From Escherichia phage BEK6, in sequence record MN158208.1: a stretch of 46,736 bases of DNA; one strand, 5' to 3'. A program made the position numbers and the translations under genes. Of this stretch, positions 1 through 9,667 are shown one piece after another (within the stretch, counting starts at the first letter, position 1; the number at the start of each line of letters is the position of its first letter). The notes under the pieces are model-generated. The model saw only the letters and a list, made by a program, of their open reading frames with translations. It searched no databases and was not told the origin of the DNA.

Positions 1-507
1 ATGAGCAAAGAAGCATTAAAGATGGGTGAGGGAAATTTCAAGGCGCTATACAACAAGAAGTATGGCGATATTGCTATGGTGGCAATCAATCGCAAGTACA
101 CGCCTGAGGAAGTTTTCGATTTCGCTGTTCGATACTTCTCATGGGCTGAGAGTGAGGCAATCAAAGCTATTGAGACGGCAGCTTTCCGGGGCGTTGTTAG
201 TGAAAACCTTGTACACAAGCCGCGAGTGTTCACATTAACCGGGCTGGCGCTATTCATGGGTGTTAACATCAATAGATTCGCACGCTGGCGTACAGAGGCT
301 GGGTACTCTGACGTGATGGAATTCATTGATAACGTAATCTACGAGCAAAAATATCAACTTGGCGTTGCAGGTATTATAAACTCCACAATCGTTGGTAAAG
401 AACTTGGCATTGATAAGCCGCAGGAGATTACCATTAGCAACAACTCCACAGCTAACGACGTTGATAGCATGAAGGAAGCGTTGGAATCCGTTATTAGTAA
501 GCTGTAA
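1..507 (+). CDS. putative terminase small subunit
   Basis: 168-aa ORF beginning at window position 1, directly upstream of the large terminase gene; assigned by position and size only. Confidence 0.5.
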   Translation: MSKEALKMGEGNFKALYNKKYGDIAMVAINRKYTPEEVFDFAVRYFSWAESEAIKAIETAAFRGVVSENLVHKPRVFTLTGLALFMGVNINRFARWRTEAGYSDVMEFIDNVIYEQKYQLGVAGIINSTIVGKELGIDKPQEITISNNSTANDVDSMKEALESVISKL

Positions 508-676
508 CAATACGATGGTATAACAATGATTGACGCAAAACTTAGCACATCAATGGTAGCTGGAGAGCCATTTTACACGCTTGAGGTCTTCAAGGATGGT
601 GAGTTAATTCATATTGAAGGATTTTTTGATATCTACAAAGCAAAATCAGCACAACGAAAGTGGTGGAGAAACTAAC

Positions 677-2242
677 ATGTCATTAGTATGGGAACAAATG
701 ACCATTCAGGAAAAGATGGCCGTCAAGGCGATATCAGAACACAGCTTCGAGGGTTTCCTTCGTTGCTGGTTCCAAATCACGCAGGGTGAGCGATACATCC
801 CTAACTGGCATCACAAGTACTTGTGCAGAATCATTGACGAGATTATTGCGGGTGAGCGCAAGGACACTATCATCAACATAGCTCCAGGTAGCGGGAAGAC
901 GGAAATAACATCAATCCACTTCCCCGTCTACTCGATGCTGAAGCTGAAGAAGGTTCGCAACCTGAATATCTCGTTCGCAGACTCAAACGTTAAGCGAAAC
1001 TCAAAGCGTGTCCGAGACTTGATATCATCAAAGGAGTTCCAGGAGCTCTGGCCTTGCAAGTTCGGAACAAATAAGGGTGACGAGATTCAGATCGTTGACG
1101 ACAGTGGAAAGGTTAGATTCGAGTCCATATCAGCATCAAAAGGAGGCAGGATTACTGGTACGCGTGGTGGATATATCACTGACACATACAGTGGCGCGGT
1201 AATGCTGGATGACTTCGACAAGCCAGACGAGATGTTTTCACCTGTATACAGAGCAAAGAGTCACACCCTACTTGGTAATACCATCCGTTCACGTCGCGCA
1301 AGTTCGGTAAGAGGTAAAGCAACTCCAATTATTCAGATTCAGCAGCGACTTCATGTCAATGACTCGACATGGTTCATGCTTAGCGGTGGTATGGGTATTG
1401 ATTTTGATTTGGTGAAGATACCTGCGCTTGTTACTGAAGATTACGTCGACACACTACCTGACTGGATTAAGCAGCAATTCATTGATGATGTATTATCAAG
1501 CGAATACGTTGAGCGTGACGGGGTGAAGTACTACAGCTACTTCCCAGGAAAGGAATCTGTGCATGATCTGGTTGCGATGTGGGATAGTGATCCGTACACT
1601 TTCCTCAGCCAGTATCAACAAGAACCTGTAGCTCTAGGCGGCAACCTGATTAACGTGGATTGGTTCCAGCGCCTTAGCGATACATTCAGACCTCCAGCTA
1701 AATACGACTATAGATTCATCACATGCGATACTGCGATGACTACAAAGAGTTATAGTGACTTCTCTGTACTTCAGTTGTGGGGATATAAGGATGCTAAGAT
1801 TTACCTCATAGACCAGCGGCGTGGTAAATGGGAAGCGCCAGATTTGGAAGCTGAACTGCTGGACTTTGAGAAGAAATCAAGGGCAACCAGTCAGACAGAT
1901 GGAATCCTCCGAAAGATTGTCATCGAGAAGAAAGCCTCTGGTATCGGCCTGATTCAATCAGCTGGCAGGGTTATGCGAACACCGATAGAGCCATACGTTC
2001 CGGATAACGACAAGCTAACCAGGGTGATGAGCGCCATGCCGCAGATTAAGGCTGGTAACGTGGTTCTACCGGAGTCTGCGCCGTGGCTAAATGGATTGCT
2101 TACGGAGATTGCGGCTTTTACTGCTGACGACTCACACAAACACGACGACCAAATTGATACCATGACAATGGCAATAAACCTGGTGCTTAACATTGCGGAT
2201 GATCCTAAGGCGCGACTAATGCGCATAGCGGGAATTAAATAG
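677..2242 (+). CDS. terL: terminase large subunit
   Basis: Walker A-like IAPGSGKT near the N-terminus, ~520 aa; GGAG RBS 8 nt before ATG 677 (track ORF opens at TTG 614). Confidence 0.85.
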   Translation: MSLVWEQMTIQEKMAVKAISEHSFEGFLRCWFQITQGERYIPNWHHKYLCRIIDEIIAGERKDTIINIAPGSGKTEITSIHFPVYSMLKLKKVRNLNISFADSNVKRNSKRVRDLISSKEFQELWPCKFGTNKGDEIQIVDDSGKVRFESISASKGGRITGTRGGYITDTYSGAVMLDDFDKPDEMFSPVYRAKSHTLLGNTIRSRRASSVRGKATPIIQIQQRLHVNDSTWFMLSGGMGIDFDLVKIPALVTEDYVDTLPDWIKQQFIDDVLSSEYVERDGVKYYSYFPGKESVHDLVAMWDSDPYTFLSQYQQEPVALGGNLINVDWFQRLSDTFRPPAKYDYRFITCDTAMTTKSYSDFSVLQLWGYKDAKIYLIDQRRGKWEAPDLEAELLDFEKKSRATSQTDGILRKIVIEKKASGIGLIQSAGRVMRTPIEPYVPDNDKLTRVMSAMPQIKAGNVVLPESAPWLNGLLTEIAAFTADDSHKHDDQIDTMTMAINLVLNIADDPKARLMRIAGIK

Positions 2243-2253
2243 CCGTGATAAAC

Positions 2254-2278
2254 TAGCCCCGTATATGGGGCTTTTTTA
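2254..2278 (+). terminator. hairpin + T-run between terminase and portal genes
   Basis: AGCCCC-gtatat-GGGGCT followed by TTTTTT, then TTGGAGAAAAAC-ATG. Confidence 0.5.
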
Positions 2279-2290
2279 TTGGAGAAAAAC

Positions 2291-3559
2291 ATGGTCAAGA
2301 CAGACAGCTACGCCAATATCTTTCTAGGCGGCAGTGATGGTAGTGAGATTTACGGGAGCTTGCAGAACCAAGACCCTACAATTCTGGCTTCGATTTATGC
2401 GGATAATGCGCTGGTGCGTAGAATTATCGACACAATCCCAGAGACAGCGCTAGCGGCAGGATTCCACATTGATGGCATTGATGATGAACCTGCATTCTGG
2501 TCTCGATGGGATGATTTAGAAATGACGCGGAATATTAACGATGCCTGGTCATGGGCCAGATTGTTCGGCGGAGCTGCTATTGTAGCTATCGTTAAGGACA
2601 ATAGGGCGCTAACAAGTCCAGTCAGAGAAGGTGCTGAGCTTGAAACCGTTCGCGTTTACGACCGTACGCAGGTAAAAGTACAAACTCGCGAGGAGAACCC
2701 ACGCAACGCACGCTTTGGTAAGCCGTTAACCTATCGCATCACCACAAATGAGAGCGATATGTTCTACGATGTGCATTACAGCCGCATTCACATTATTGAC
2801 GGAGAGCGAATCCCTAACGTAATGCGTCGACAGAATGATGGCTGGGGCCGCAGCGTTCTCTCTAGTGATATTCTTGACTCAATCAAGGATTACACCAACT
2901 GCGAACGACTGGCCACCCAACTGCTGAAGCGAAAGCAGCAAGCGGTGTGGAAAGCGAAAGGACTGGCTGAGTTGTGTGATGATAGCGAAGGATTCGGCGC
3001 GGCTCGATTACGACTTGCGCAGGTTGACAACAATAGCGGCGTTGGCCAGGCAATTGGCATTGATGCGGAATCTGAAGAATATAGCGTTCTGAACTCTGAT
3101 ATTGGCGGGATTGATGCGTTCCTGGATAAGAAGTTTGACAGAATCGTCGCACTGAGCGGCATTCATGAAATCATCCTGAAGAACAAGAACGTTGGCGGCG
3201 TATCCTCAAGCCAGAATACAGCGATGGAGACATTCCACAAGCTAATTGACCGCAAGCGTAACTCTGAACTGCTTCCTGTTCTTGAGTTCCTAATCCCGTT
3301 CATTGTTAACGTTGACGAATGGTCAGTTGAGTTTTATCCCCTAGCGCAGGAATCAAGTAAGGATAAAGCTGAGATTTTGCAGAAGAACGTAAGCAGCATC
3401 GCGGCGCTAGTTGCATCTGGCGTTATGGATATTGATGAGGCGAGAGATACATTGCGTGCAGTCGCTCCAGAGGTTAAGATTAGTGATGGTTCAGTAGAGA
3501 CAGAGGTGACGATTAGTGAAACCAGTAGCGACCAGCTGGAAGTACCCGCAGACAATTGA
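2291..3559 (+). CDS. portal protein
   Basis: ~420-aa ORF immediately after terminase; GGAGAAAAAC-ATG start preceded by hairpin plus T-run; assigned by position and size. Confidence 0.7.
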   Translation: MVKTDSYANIFLGGSDGSEIYGSLQNQDPTILASIYADNALVRRIIDTIPETALAAGFHIDGIDDEPAFWSRWDDLEMTRNINDAWSWARLFGGAAIVAIVKDNRALTSPVREGAELETVRVYDRTQVKVQTREENPRNARFGKPLTYRITTNESDMFYDVHYSRIHIIDGERIPNVMRRQNDGWGRSVLSSDILDSIKDYTNCERLATQLLKRKQQAVWKAKGLAELCDDSEGFGAARLRLAQVDNNSGVGQAIGIDAESEEYSVLNSDIGGIDAFLDKKFDRIVALSGIHEIILKNKNVGGVSSSQNTAMETFHKLIDRKRNSELLPVLEFLIPFIVNVDEWSVEFYPLAQESSKDKAEILQKNVSSIAALVASGVMDIDEARDTLRAVAPEVKISDGSVETEVTISETSSDQLEVPADN

Positions 3560-4244
3560 GAGCCAGGTTAACCGCAATCTAAGTATTGCGGTAACTGAGT
3601 TAATTTCAGCAATGAAGGAGTCAGCAACAAGGCTTAAAATTGATAGTGCAGATGACCTTGAGGAGGAGGATGGATACCTTGACGGGGTAATTGCGGCATT
3701 GGTAGCGTCCTTTATATCAAAAATCCCAGCCATAGGGGCGGCGATATACAGATACAATAGCTCGCAATTTCTTGTGCTTGCAATAAAGACCGGAGGAAGG
3801 TCCAATCCTAGCGTTCTGAACCTTGAGGTTAACGGCATCAATGGTGATGAGCTGTGGTATAATGATGACCTAAATCAGTGGATTTACACCACTAATAAGT
3901 CAGCGATTAAATTACTGAATAACATTAAAGATGATTTCTTGCAGACGGCTGCAACAATGCAGAATGGAGATTACGTAAATCTATCTGACAGGTACAAGGT
4001 CTACAGAAAGAGAACAGCAAACATTGCTTCCGGTATTGTTTCAAGTCTGAATTCGACACTTATGAGACGCAGGCTTGAAGATGCTGGTGTTAGCCGTTAC
4101 ATCTGGCATGGCATGCTGGACGATAGGGAGCGCCAATCGCATATAGCGAGAGAGGGCCTTAGCTTTAAACTAGGTGGTAACGATATATTTCCAGGTCAAG
4201 AATACGGTTGTCGTTGCTGGTCGGTTCCAGATTGGGAATCATAA
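3516..4244 (+). CDS. head morphogenesis protein (Mu gpF / SPP1 gp7-like)
   Basis: C-terminal signature DDRERQSHIAREG...GQEYGCRCW typical of Mu F-like minor head proteins; GTG start with GAGGTGA RBS overlapping the portal 3' end (ATG 3612 is an alternative). Confidence 0.65.
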   Translation: MKPVATSWKYPQTIESQVNRNLSIAVTELISAMKESATRLKIDSADDLEEEDGYLDGVIAALVASFISKIPAIGAAIYRYNSSQFLVLAIKTGGRSNPSVLNLEVNGINGDELWYNDDLNQWIYTTNKSAIKLLNNIKDDFLQTAATMQNGDYVNLSDRYKVYRKRTANIASGIVSSLNSTLMRRRLEDAGVSRYIWHGMLDDRERQSHIAREGLSFKLGGNDIFPGQEYGCRCWSVPDWES

Positions 4245-4256
4245 TAGGAGTATTAA

Positions 4257-5342
4257 ATGAGTAAAATCCGCTATGACAGCGCAAAGTTTAAAGCAACAAT
4301 CGACGAGAATGGATTCTTAGTCGACACGCCAGTAGTCGCACGCATCGGTGTGCAGGTCTACTACACCGAGGATGGTCGCACCGTTCGAGAGTTTCGCCCA
4401 GCAGAGGAGGTTTTCAAGGATGAATCACTCTCCAGCTACCAGGGTAAGCCAATGACTCTGGAACATGTTTTCGTTAACTCAGAGAACGCTAAAGAGGTGG
4501 TGGTAGGTTCCGTTACTGGCAAAGCTGAGCCATTGGGTAGCTCAGTGGTTGCTCCGATTGTTGTTTACGATAACACAGCCATTCAGGAAGCTATGGCAGG
4601 TAACGCCAAGGAGTTATCCGTTGGTTACTCTGCAATTCTTGACGAAACCCCTGGCTGGGGTGACCCCATTACTGGTGAGTACGTACTTAAATCTGATGGT
4701 GATCAATTCGATGCGCCAGAGGGTTGGCAGGAGTTCGACGCAATTCAGCGTGACATTAAAGTGAACCATATCGCAATGGTATATCGAGGTAGAGCAGGCA
4801 TTGCCAAATTGAATATGGACGGTGAGCAGGAAAACCCGTATACTACTGACGTTGATATCAATAAAGAGGATAAACAGGAAATGATTAAAATTAAACTCGA
4901 CGGCGCGCAGGAATTCGAAGTCGCCCCAGAAATCGCTTATCACATCGAAGCACTGAACGCAAAGGCTGACACCGTAATTGCTGAGCGCGATGCACTGAAA
5001 GCTAAAGTTGATGCAATGCCTGCTGAAATCGAAGCTGCCGTGGCTAAAGCGAAAGCTGACGCTGATGCCCTTGCCGCCCTGGTTGCTGTTGCTGCTGAAG
5101 CTGGTGTTAAAGCTGATGGTCTGGATGCTAAAGGCATTAAAGTTGCTTACGTTAAAGAAGTCTCCGGCATTGATGTTTCCGAGAAGTCTGACGCGTACAT
5201 CGACGCAGCGTTCGACATTGCCAAAGAATCTGATAAAATGGCTGAAGTACGTAAAGCGACTACCGCTTCCGACAAATCTGACAGCGCCAATGAGCCTAAG
5301 AAATTAGACCCGCGTGCTCGTTTAGCTAAAATTAAGAAATAA
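4257..5342 (+). CDS. putative head scaffolding protein (possibly protease-scaffold)
   Basis: 361-aa ORF with AGGAG RBS; Ala/Lys/Glu-rich coiled-coil-like C-terminal half (AEIEAAVAKAKADADALAALVAVAAEAG); position between minor head and capsid genes. Confidence 0.5.
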   Translation: MSKIRYDSAKFKATIDENGFLVDTPVVARIGVQVYYTEDGRTVREFRPAEEVFKDESLSSYQGKPMTLEHVFVNSENAKEVVVGSVTGKAEPLGSSVVAPIVVYDNTAIQEAMAGNAKELSVGYSAILDETPGWGDPITGEYVLKSDGDQFDAPEGWQEFDAIQRDIKVNHIAMVYRGRAGIAKLNMDGEQENPYTTDVDINKEDKQEMIKIKLDGAQEFEVAPEIAYHIEALNAKADTVIAERDALKAKVDAMPAEIEAAVAKAKADADALAALVAVAAEAGVKADGLDAKGIKVAYVKEVSGIDVSEKSDAYIDAAFDIAKESDKMAEVRKATTASDKSDSANEPKKLDPRARLAKIKK

Positions 5343-5354
5343 GGAGTTATAAAC

Positions 5355-5849
5355 ATGGCAATTCGTTCCGTAGCACTGGCTGGTATGGTTTCTGATACCT
5401 CTCTGTACAACATCGATGGCGCTTGTGTAGTTGGCGGCGCAGCACCAATTCCGGCTGGCACTGTTGTTAAATTCACAACCGCTCAGTCTGTAGATGGTCA
5501 CAAGATTGTGGAGGCAACTGGCCTCACTGCGGGTAATGCTCTCGGTGTGGTTGTTCGCTCTCATTATCAGACCCCGGATGGAACTGCTCGCGTAAATGAA
5601 GCGGTTAACGTAATGACTCACGGTAGAATCTGGGTTCGCTCAAAACTTACTTCTGCACCAACGTTTGGCCAACCAGTTAAAGTTTCTACCACTGGATTGG
5701 TTGAAGATTCAGGCACGATTGACACTGGATGGACTTTTGCGGGTGGTTACATCAAAAACACTGGCACAGACCCGCAAGGCCTTAGCGTTGATGGCGCACT
5801 AGTTGAAGTTCAGCTTACTCAATCCGCAAAATCAACTGCTGCAGCTTAA
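5355..5849 (+). CDS. capsid-associated structural protein (possible decoration protein)
   Basis: 164-aa ORF with AAGGAG RBS and a strong hairpin/T-run terminator at 5866-5889; function from position only. Confidence 0.4.
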   Translation: MAIRSVALAGMVSDTSLYNIDGACVVGGAAPIPAGTVVKFTTAQSVDGHKIVEATGLTAGNALGVVVRSHYQTPDGTARVNEAVNVMTHGRIWVRSKLTSAPTFGQPVKVSTTGLVEDSGTIDTGWTFAGGYIKNTGTDPQGLSVDGALVEVQLTQSAKSTAAA

Positions 5850-5865
5850 CAATTAAGATATATAA

Positions 5866-5889
5866 AGCCTCCTTCGGGAGGTTTTTTTT
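5866..5889 (+). terminator. rho-independent terminator
   Basis: CCTCC-ttcg-GGAGG followed by TTTTTTTT. Confidence 0.6.
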
Positions 5890-5916
5890 GTAATCAAATT
5901 ACGCCTATGTTATATT
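5888..5916 (+). promoter_or_regulatory. candidate sigma70-type promoter
   Basis: TTGTAA (5888-5893), 17-bp spacer, TATATT (5911-5916), upstream of the gene at 5946. Confidence 0.4.
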
Positions 5917-5945
5917 CAATTCTCACTTAGAAAAGGAGACTAAAC

Positions 5946-6635
5946 ATGGCTTACACCGAAGTTAAGGCTATCAACGCAGATAGCGGACGATTCAATGCAC
6001 TATTGCAAGCAGCTATCACAGCAGGCTTTCAGCCAGTAAGTAAAATCACGGTAAATGGCTCTCAGTCATATTCAATAGTTGTGGCTAAAGGCGCTGATAG
6101 TTCAATCACTGAAGCCAAGGTGATTACTTCAACCAATATGCGCAAGTTGTTCAAAGATATTGAGGCCGCTTCTGATGACGGATTCACCATTGATACATCA
6201 AGCCTGAGCCTGTCGCCAGGCCAGTTCTTTGCTTACGCATATAAAGGAAGTTCAGGTGGTGCTGTTTCAGTATCTTGGGCTGACGTAACCGGAAAACCAG
6301 CCACTTTTGCCCCGATTGTTGGCACTGGTGCAAACCAAGCTATGCCTGGCAATAAGACGCTAGCTAACATTGGTGGCGTAGTTCCTGTATCTGGACTTCC
6401 CGCCGCAAGCACCTCAGCGGCTGGAATTATCCAGATTGGCGCTGAAGCTAATAACGCGATGCCTGGAAACAAGTTTGTTGCAGGCGCAGCTGTCGCTGAC
6501 ATTGTGAGCCAGACCGTGACCGGCACTGAAGCCTCAGAGGTAGCCGCATCAGCTACCACTGCAGTTAACGCAGTTGCCACCAAATTAAATAACCTCTTGG
6601 CGCAGCTTCGCGTAGCTAAGATCATCGCGAGCTAA
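5946..6635 (+). CDS. structural protein, Gly/Ala-rich with fiber-like C-terminus
   Basis: 229-aa ORF with AAAAGGAGA RBS and its own sigma70-like promoter (TTGTAA-17-TATATT); C-terminal VNAVATKLNNLLAQLR resembles fiber trimerisation helices. Confidence 0.4.
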   Translation: MAYTEVKAINADSGRFNALLQAAITAGFQPVSKITVNGSQSYSIVVAKGADSSITEAKVITSTNMRKLFKDIEAASDDGFTIDTSSLSLSPGQFFAYAYKGSSGGAVSVSWADVTGKPATFAPIVGTGANQAMPGNKTLANIGGVVPVSGLPAASTSAAGIIQIGAEANNAMPGNKFVAGAAVADIVSQTVTGTEASEVAASATTAVNAVATKLNNLLAQLRVAKIIAS

Positions 6636-6661
6636 CGAATTATGGGTGACTAACTTATCTG

Positions 6662-6689
6662 TTGATTTGCGGTCGCCCTACTGTATAAT
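6662..6689 (+). promoter_or_regulatory. candidate sigma70-type promoter for the major capsid gene
   Basis: TTGATT (6662-6667), 16-bp spacer, TATAAT (6684-6689). Confidence 0.45.
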
Positions 6690-6727
6690 AAGCTCGTAGA
6701 CACCTAACTGAAAAGGAACAATAAAGA

Positions 6728-7669
6728 ATGGCCATTAAATTTGACGCAGAACAAGCAAAAATCACTGCTCACCTCGAGCAAATGGGCGTAGATAAAGCAG
6801 ATGCCGCTGGTATCTGGACTGTTAGCCAGCTTACCGCTGCTCTGAAACGTGCTTACGAAAAAGAATACGCAGAAAACTCAGTTGTTAATATCTTCCCTGT
6901 AACAAATGAAATTCCTGGTCACGCGAAGTATTTCGAATACCCAGAATTTGATGGTGCTGGCATTGCTCAGATTATCGCTGATTACTCTGACGACCTTCCG
7001 CTGGTTGACGCTTTCATGACTGAGAAACAAGGTAAAGTGTTTCGTTTTGGTAACGCATTCCTGATTTCTATTGATGAAATTAAAGCAGGTGCCGCAACTG
7101 GTCAGCCTCTGTCGACTCGCAAGCAAGCCCTGGCTTTCGAAGCGCACGATAACCTGCTGGATAAACTGGTTTGGTCTGGCTCCACCCCGCACGGTATCCC
7201 TAGCGTATTCAACCATCCGAACATCAACAACGTTGTTGCTGGTACTTGGAACTCAGCAGCTGCTGCCATGACTGACATCACCGCGCTTATTGATGCAATC
7301 GAGACTTCGACCAATGGAACTCACACCGCAACTGATATCTTGCTGCCTGCTTCCGCTCGCCGCCTGATGCAAGAGCTGGTTCCTAACACCTCTATCAGTT
7401 ACGCGCAGTTGTTTGCTACCAACAACTCGGGCATCAATCTGCGTTATCTTCAGTTCCTGGATAACTACGACGGCGCAGGCGGCAAGGCTGCTCTGGCGTT
7501 TGAAAAGAATCCACTCAATATGTCTATCGAGATTCCGGAAGCTACCAACGTTCTTCCAGGACAACCTAAGGACTTGCACTTTAAGTACCCTGTAACATCA
7601 AAAGCTACAGGTTTGATCGTTTATCGTCCACTGACGATGGCTGTAATGAAAGGTATCAAATTCTCGTGA
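6728..7669 (+). CDS. major capsid protein (putative)
   Basis: 313-aa ORF with upstream TTGATT-16-TATAAT promoter and strong terminator 7676-7698; position and size typical of a major capsid protein. Confidence 0.6.
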   Translation: MAIKFDAEQAKITAHLEQMGVDKADAAGIWTVSQLTAALKRAYEKEYAENSVVNIFPVTNEIPGHAKYFEYPEFDGAGIAQIIADYSDDLPLVDAFMTEKQGKVFRFGNAFLISIDEIKAGAATGQPLSTRKQALAFEAHDNLLDKLVWSGSTPHGIPSVFNHPNINNVVAGTWNSAAAAMTDITALIDAIETSTNGTHTATDILLPASARRLMQELVPNTSISYAQLFATNNSGINLRYLQFLDNYDGAGGKAALAFEKNPLNMSIEIPEATNVLPGQPKDLHFKYPVTSKATGLIVYRPLTMAVMKGIKFS

Positions 7670-7675
7670 TAAATC

Positions 7676-7698
7676 GCCCTCTTCGGAGGGCTTTTTTT
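7676..7698 (+). terminator. rho-independent terminator after the major capsid gene
   Basis: GCCCTC-ttcg-GAGGGC followed by TTTTTTT. Confidence 0.65.
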
Positions 7699-7762
7699 AC
7701 GTCTGTACCAAATGGAATTGTTGGGTTATAATCACTCAATAAGATAAACAAAGGAGACAAAA

Positions 7763-8008
7763 ATGATTCGTTTAGAACACACTGGCGCTTGCCTTATCGT
7801 TTACAAGGGTGAGAAATATTTGCCTGGTGACACTTTCGAGGTTGATGTAATTTGCGACGGACTCAAGCGTTTAATCGCAGAGGGTAAACTCACTATTGAA
7901 GGTGACGCTAAAGCAACCAAGCAAATCGCGCAAGAAATTGTTAGTAAGAAAAAGCGCAAAGAACCGAAAACCATCTCCGAAGCTGAGACTGGTAACGAGT
8001 ACAAATAA
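7763..8008 (+). CDS. hypothetical protein, lysine-rich C-terminus
   Basis: 81-aa ORF with AAAGGAGA RBS, flanked by terminators on both sides. Confidence 0.5.
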   Translation: MIRLEHTGACLIVYKGEKYLPGDTFEVDVICDGLKRLIAEGKLTIEGDAKATKQIAQEIVSKKKRKEPKTISEAETGNEYK

Positions 8009-8013
8009 CAAAC

Positions 8014-8036
8014 AGGGCGCTTCGGCGTCCTTTATT
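8014..8036 (+). terminator. rho-independent terminator
   Basis: AGGGCGC-ttcg-GCGTCCT followed by TTTATT. Confidence 0.5.
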
Positions 8037-8049
8037 GTATGGAGCTAAT

Positions 8050-8451
8050 ATGAATGATGCAATTTTGGCGTTTATGCGCTCGCTTGTTCCGGCGCTCAAA
8101 GCGGTGGATGACGAATCAATTAATGTATGGATTGATTTGGCACGCCTATACGTATGCGAAAGCAAATTTGGTGCAGACAAAGACAAGGCTGTCGGGCTTT
8201 ATGCACTACACTTGATGCTCGCCGATGGCGCCTTTAAGGGCGAGAATGAAGGCCTGGAAACATACAGCCGTAGAATGGCAAGTTACGCACTGAGCGGTGA
8301 ATTCTCTGTCACCTATGATAACCAATCAGCAGCATCTGGCGACTTATCATCTTCTCAATTCGGTAGGATGTACAAGGCGCTTCTCCGCAAGAAAGGCGGC
8401 GGCTTCGGTTTAATTACTTCCGCTGGTGGCGGTGGGTGCGGTTGCCGATGA
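8050..8451 (+). CDS. putative head-tail connector / head completion protein
   Basis: ATG 8050 with GGAG RBS (track ORF opens at TTG 8035); position between capsid and tail genes; Gly-rich C-terminus. Confidence 0.4.
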   Translation: MNDAILAFMRSLVPALKAVDDESINVWIDLARLYVCESKFGADKDKAVGLYALHLMLADGAFKGENEGLETYSRRMASYALSGEFSVTYDNQSAASGDLSSSQFGRMYKALLRKKGGGFGLITSAGGGGCGCR

Positions 8452-8819
8452 ACTACAACGAAATCGAATCAATCACTCGCTCTGGCATTAACTTCTTTAG
8501 TGATGCCAATGGCGTTTATGAAATGAGTACTGGTGATGGATATGTTGAAATCGTTAACGGCGTTGAAGTTGAAGTTCCTTCGCAAACATTTCAGCTAAAA
8601 GGCTTGGTGCGAGAAATCAAGACGCGAGATATCGATGGCGAGTTTATCCAGTTTGGCGATAAGCGCGGAATCTTCACGGCACAGGTGGAAATTAAGCATG
8701 GTTATCAGATTAAGGTTGATGGTGAGACTTTCGTTGTTGTTGACCCGCGACCTGTAAAACCAGCCGGCACAGTTGTTGGTTATAGACCGATTCTTCGTAG
8801 GGTGGCTACTTATGGCTAG
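8448..8819 (+). CDS. putative head-tail joining protein
   Basis: ORF overlapping the upstream stop (start ATG 8448 or earlier at 8436); function from position only. Confidence 0.35.
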   Translation: MNYNEIESITRSGINFFSDANGVYEMSTGDGYVEIVNGVEVEVPSQTFQLKGLVREIKTRDIDGEFIQFGDKRGIFTAQVEIKHGYQIKVDGETFVVVDPRPVKPAGTVVGYRPILRRVATYG

Positions 8820-9261
8820 TTTTATACCGAAGGCTAATGGCGGGGTTATTGAATTTAGCCGCTCTATCTCTGAGTGGATAGATAAGGTTGAGTCTGGAGT
8901 TGAAGAGGTTGTTGCAGGAACCATTATCAATACAGCCAAGGGTCTGGTAGATCAGTCACCGGTTGACACTGGTAGATTTAAAGCCAACTGGCAAATAACA
9001 GCAAACTCACCGGCGCAACAATCAGTAATTGATTATGATAAGGTCGGGACCGAGACAAAAAGAGCTCTTGCAAGACAGGCTAGAGCAGTGGCTAGAGCAA
9101 AGGGAACGAAAGTTATTTACATAACAAACAGGCTTGATTACTCAATACATCTTGAGTATGGCGGATCAGGTCAGGCGCCGAACGGCATTATTAGGATTGT
9201 TCAGATGCGGCTTGGTAGATACTTCCAGGAAGCGGTAGAGGAGGCTAAACGTGCACTATGA
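8812..9261 (+). CDS. HK97 gp10-like neck / tail-component protein
   Basis: Motif PVDTGRFKANWQ characteristic of HK97 gp10-family proteins; ATG 8812 overlaps the upstream stop. Confidence 0.55.
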   Translation: MASFIPKANGGVIEFSRSISEWIDKVESGVEEVVAGTIINTAKGLVDQSPVDTGRFKANWQITANSPAQQSVIDYDKVGTETKRALARQARAVARAKGTKVIYITNRLDYSIHLEYGGSGQAPNGIIRIVQMRLGRYFQEAVEEAKRAL

Positions 9262-9652
9262 ATTATCTATAGCTGCCAGAAAATATGTTAATGATTTACT
9301 GGTGAACAAGTTCCCTGTCAGATATCCTATCTCTTGGGAAAACGTTGCTTTCACCCCTCCAGCAGACGGCTCTATCTGGCTAAAGTATGACTACATAGAG
9401 GTTGACACCGTAACCTACGGACTAAGCAGAAAGTGCAAATACTATGTAGGAATGGTGCAGGTTTCTGTTTTCTTCAGTCCAGGCACTGGCATTGATAAGC
9501 CTAGACAAATCGCTAATCAATTGGCAGAATCTATCGTTGATGGTACAATGCTTGACAGCGGGACCATTTACGAGTCTGGAGTTGTTAACCCGGTTATCAA
9601 ATCCAAGTCTGGGTGGTTTATCCCGGTTCATTTTTATGTTCGTCTAGACTAA
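9251..9652 (+). CDS. putative tail terminator / tail completion protein
   Basis: 133-aa ORF, GTG start with GAGGAGG RBS; position immediately upstream of the major tail gene. Confidence 0.4.
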   Translation: MHYELSIAARKYVNDLLVNKFPVRYPISWENVAFTPPADGSIWLKYDYIEVDTVTYGLSRKCKYYVGMVQVSVFFSPGTGIDKPRQIANQLAESIVDGTMLDSGTIYESGVVNPVIKSKSGWFIPVHFYVRLD

Positions 9653-9667
9653 CAAAAGGAAAAATAC

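Noticed and set aside
526-675. 49-aa ORF in the spacer between the first gene and the terminase gene
   Set aside because: No convincing RBS, and it would overlap the alternative TTG start of the terminase gene; kept only as a possibility.
2395-7579. Numerous antisense or out-of-frame ORFs inside structural genes (e.g. 2883-3162, 4614-4943, 5147-5621, 6233-6625, 6878-7314)
   Set aside because: Shadow ORFs fully embedded in longer, well-supported genes on the opposite strand or another frame; no independent expression signals.
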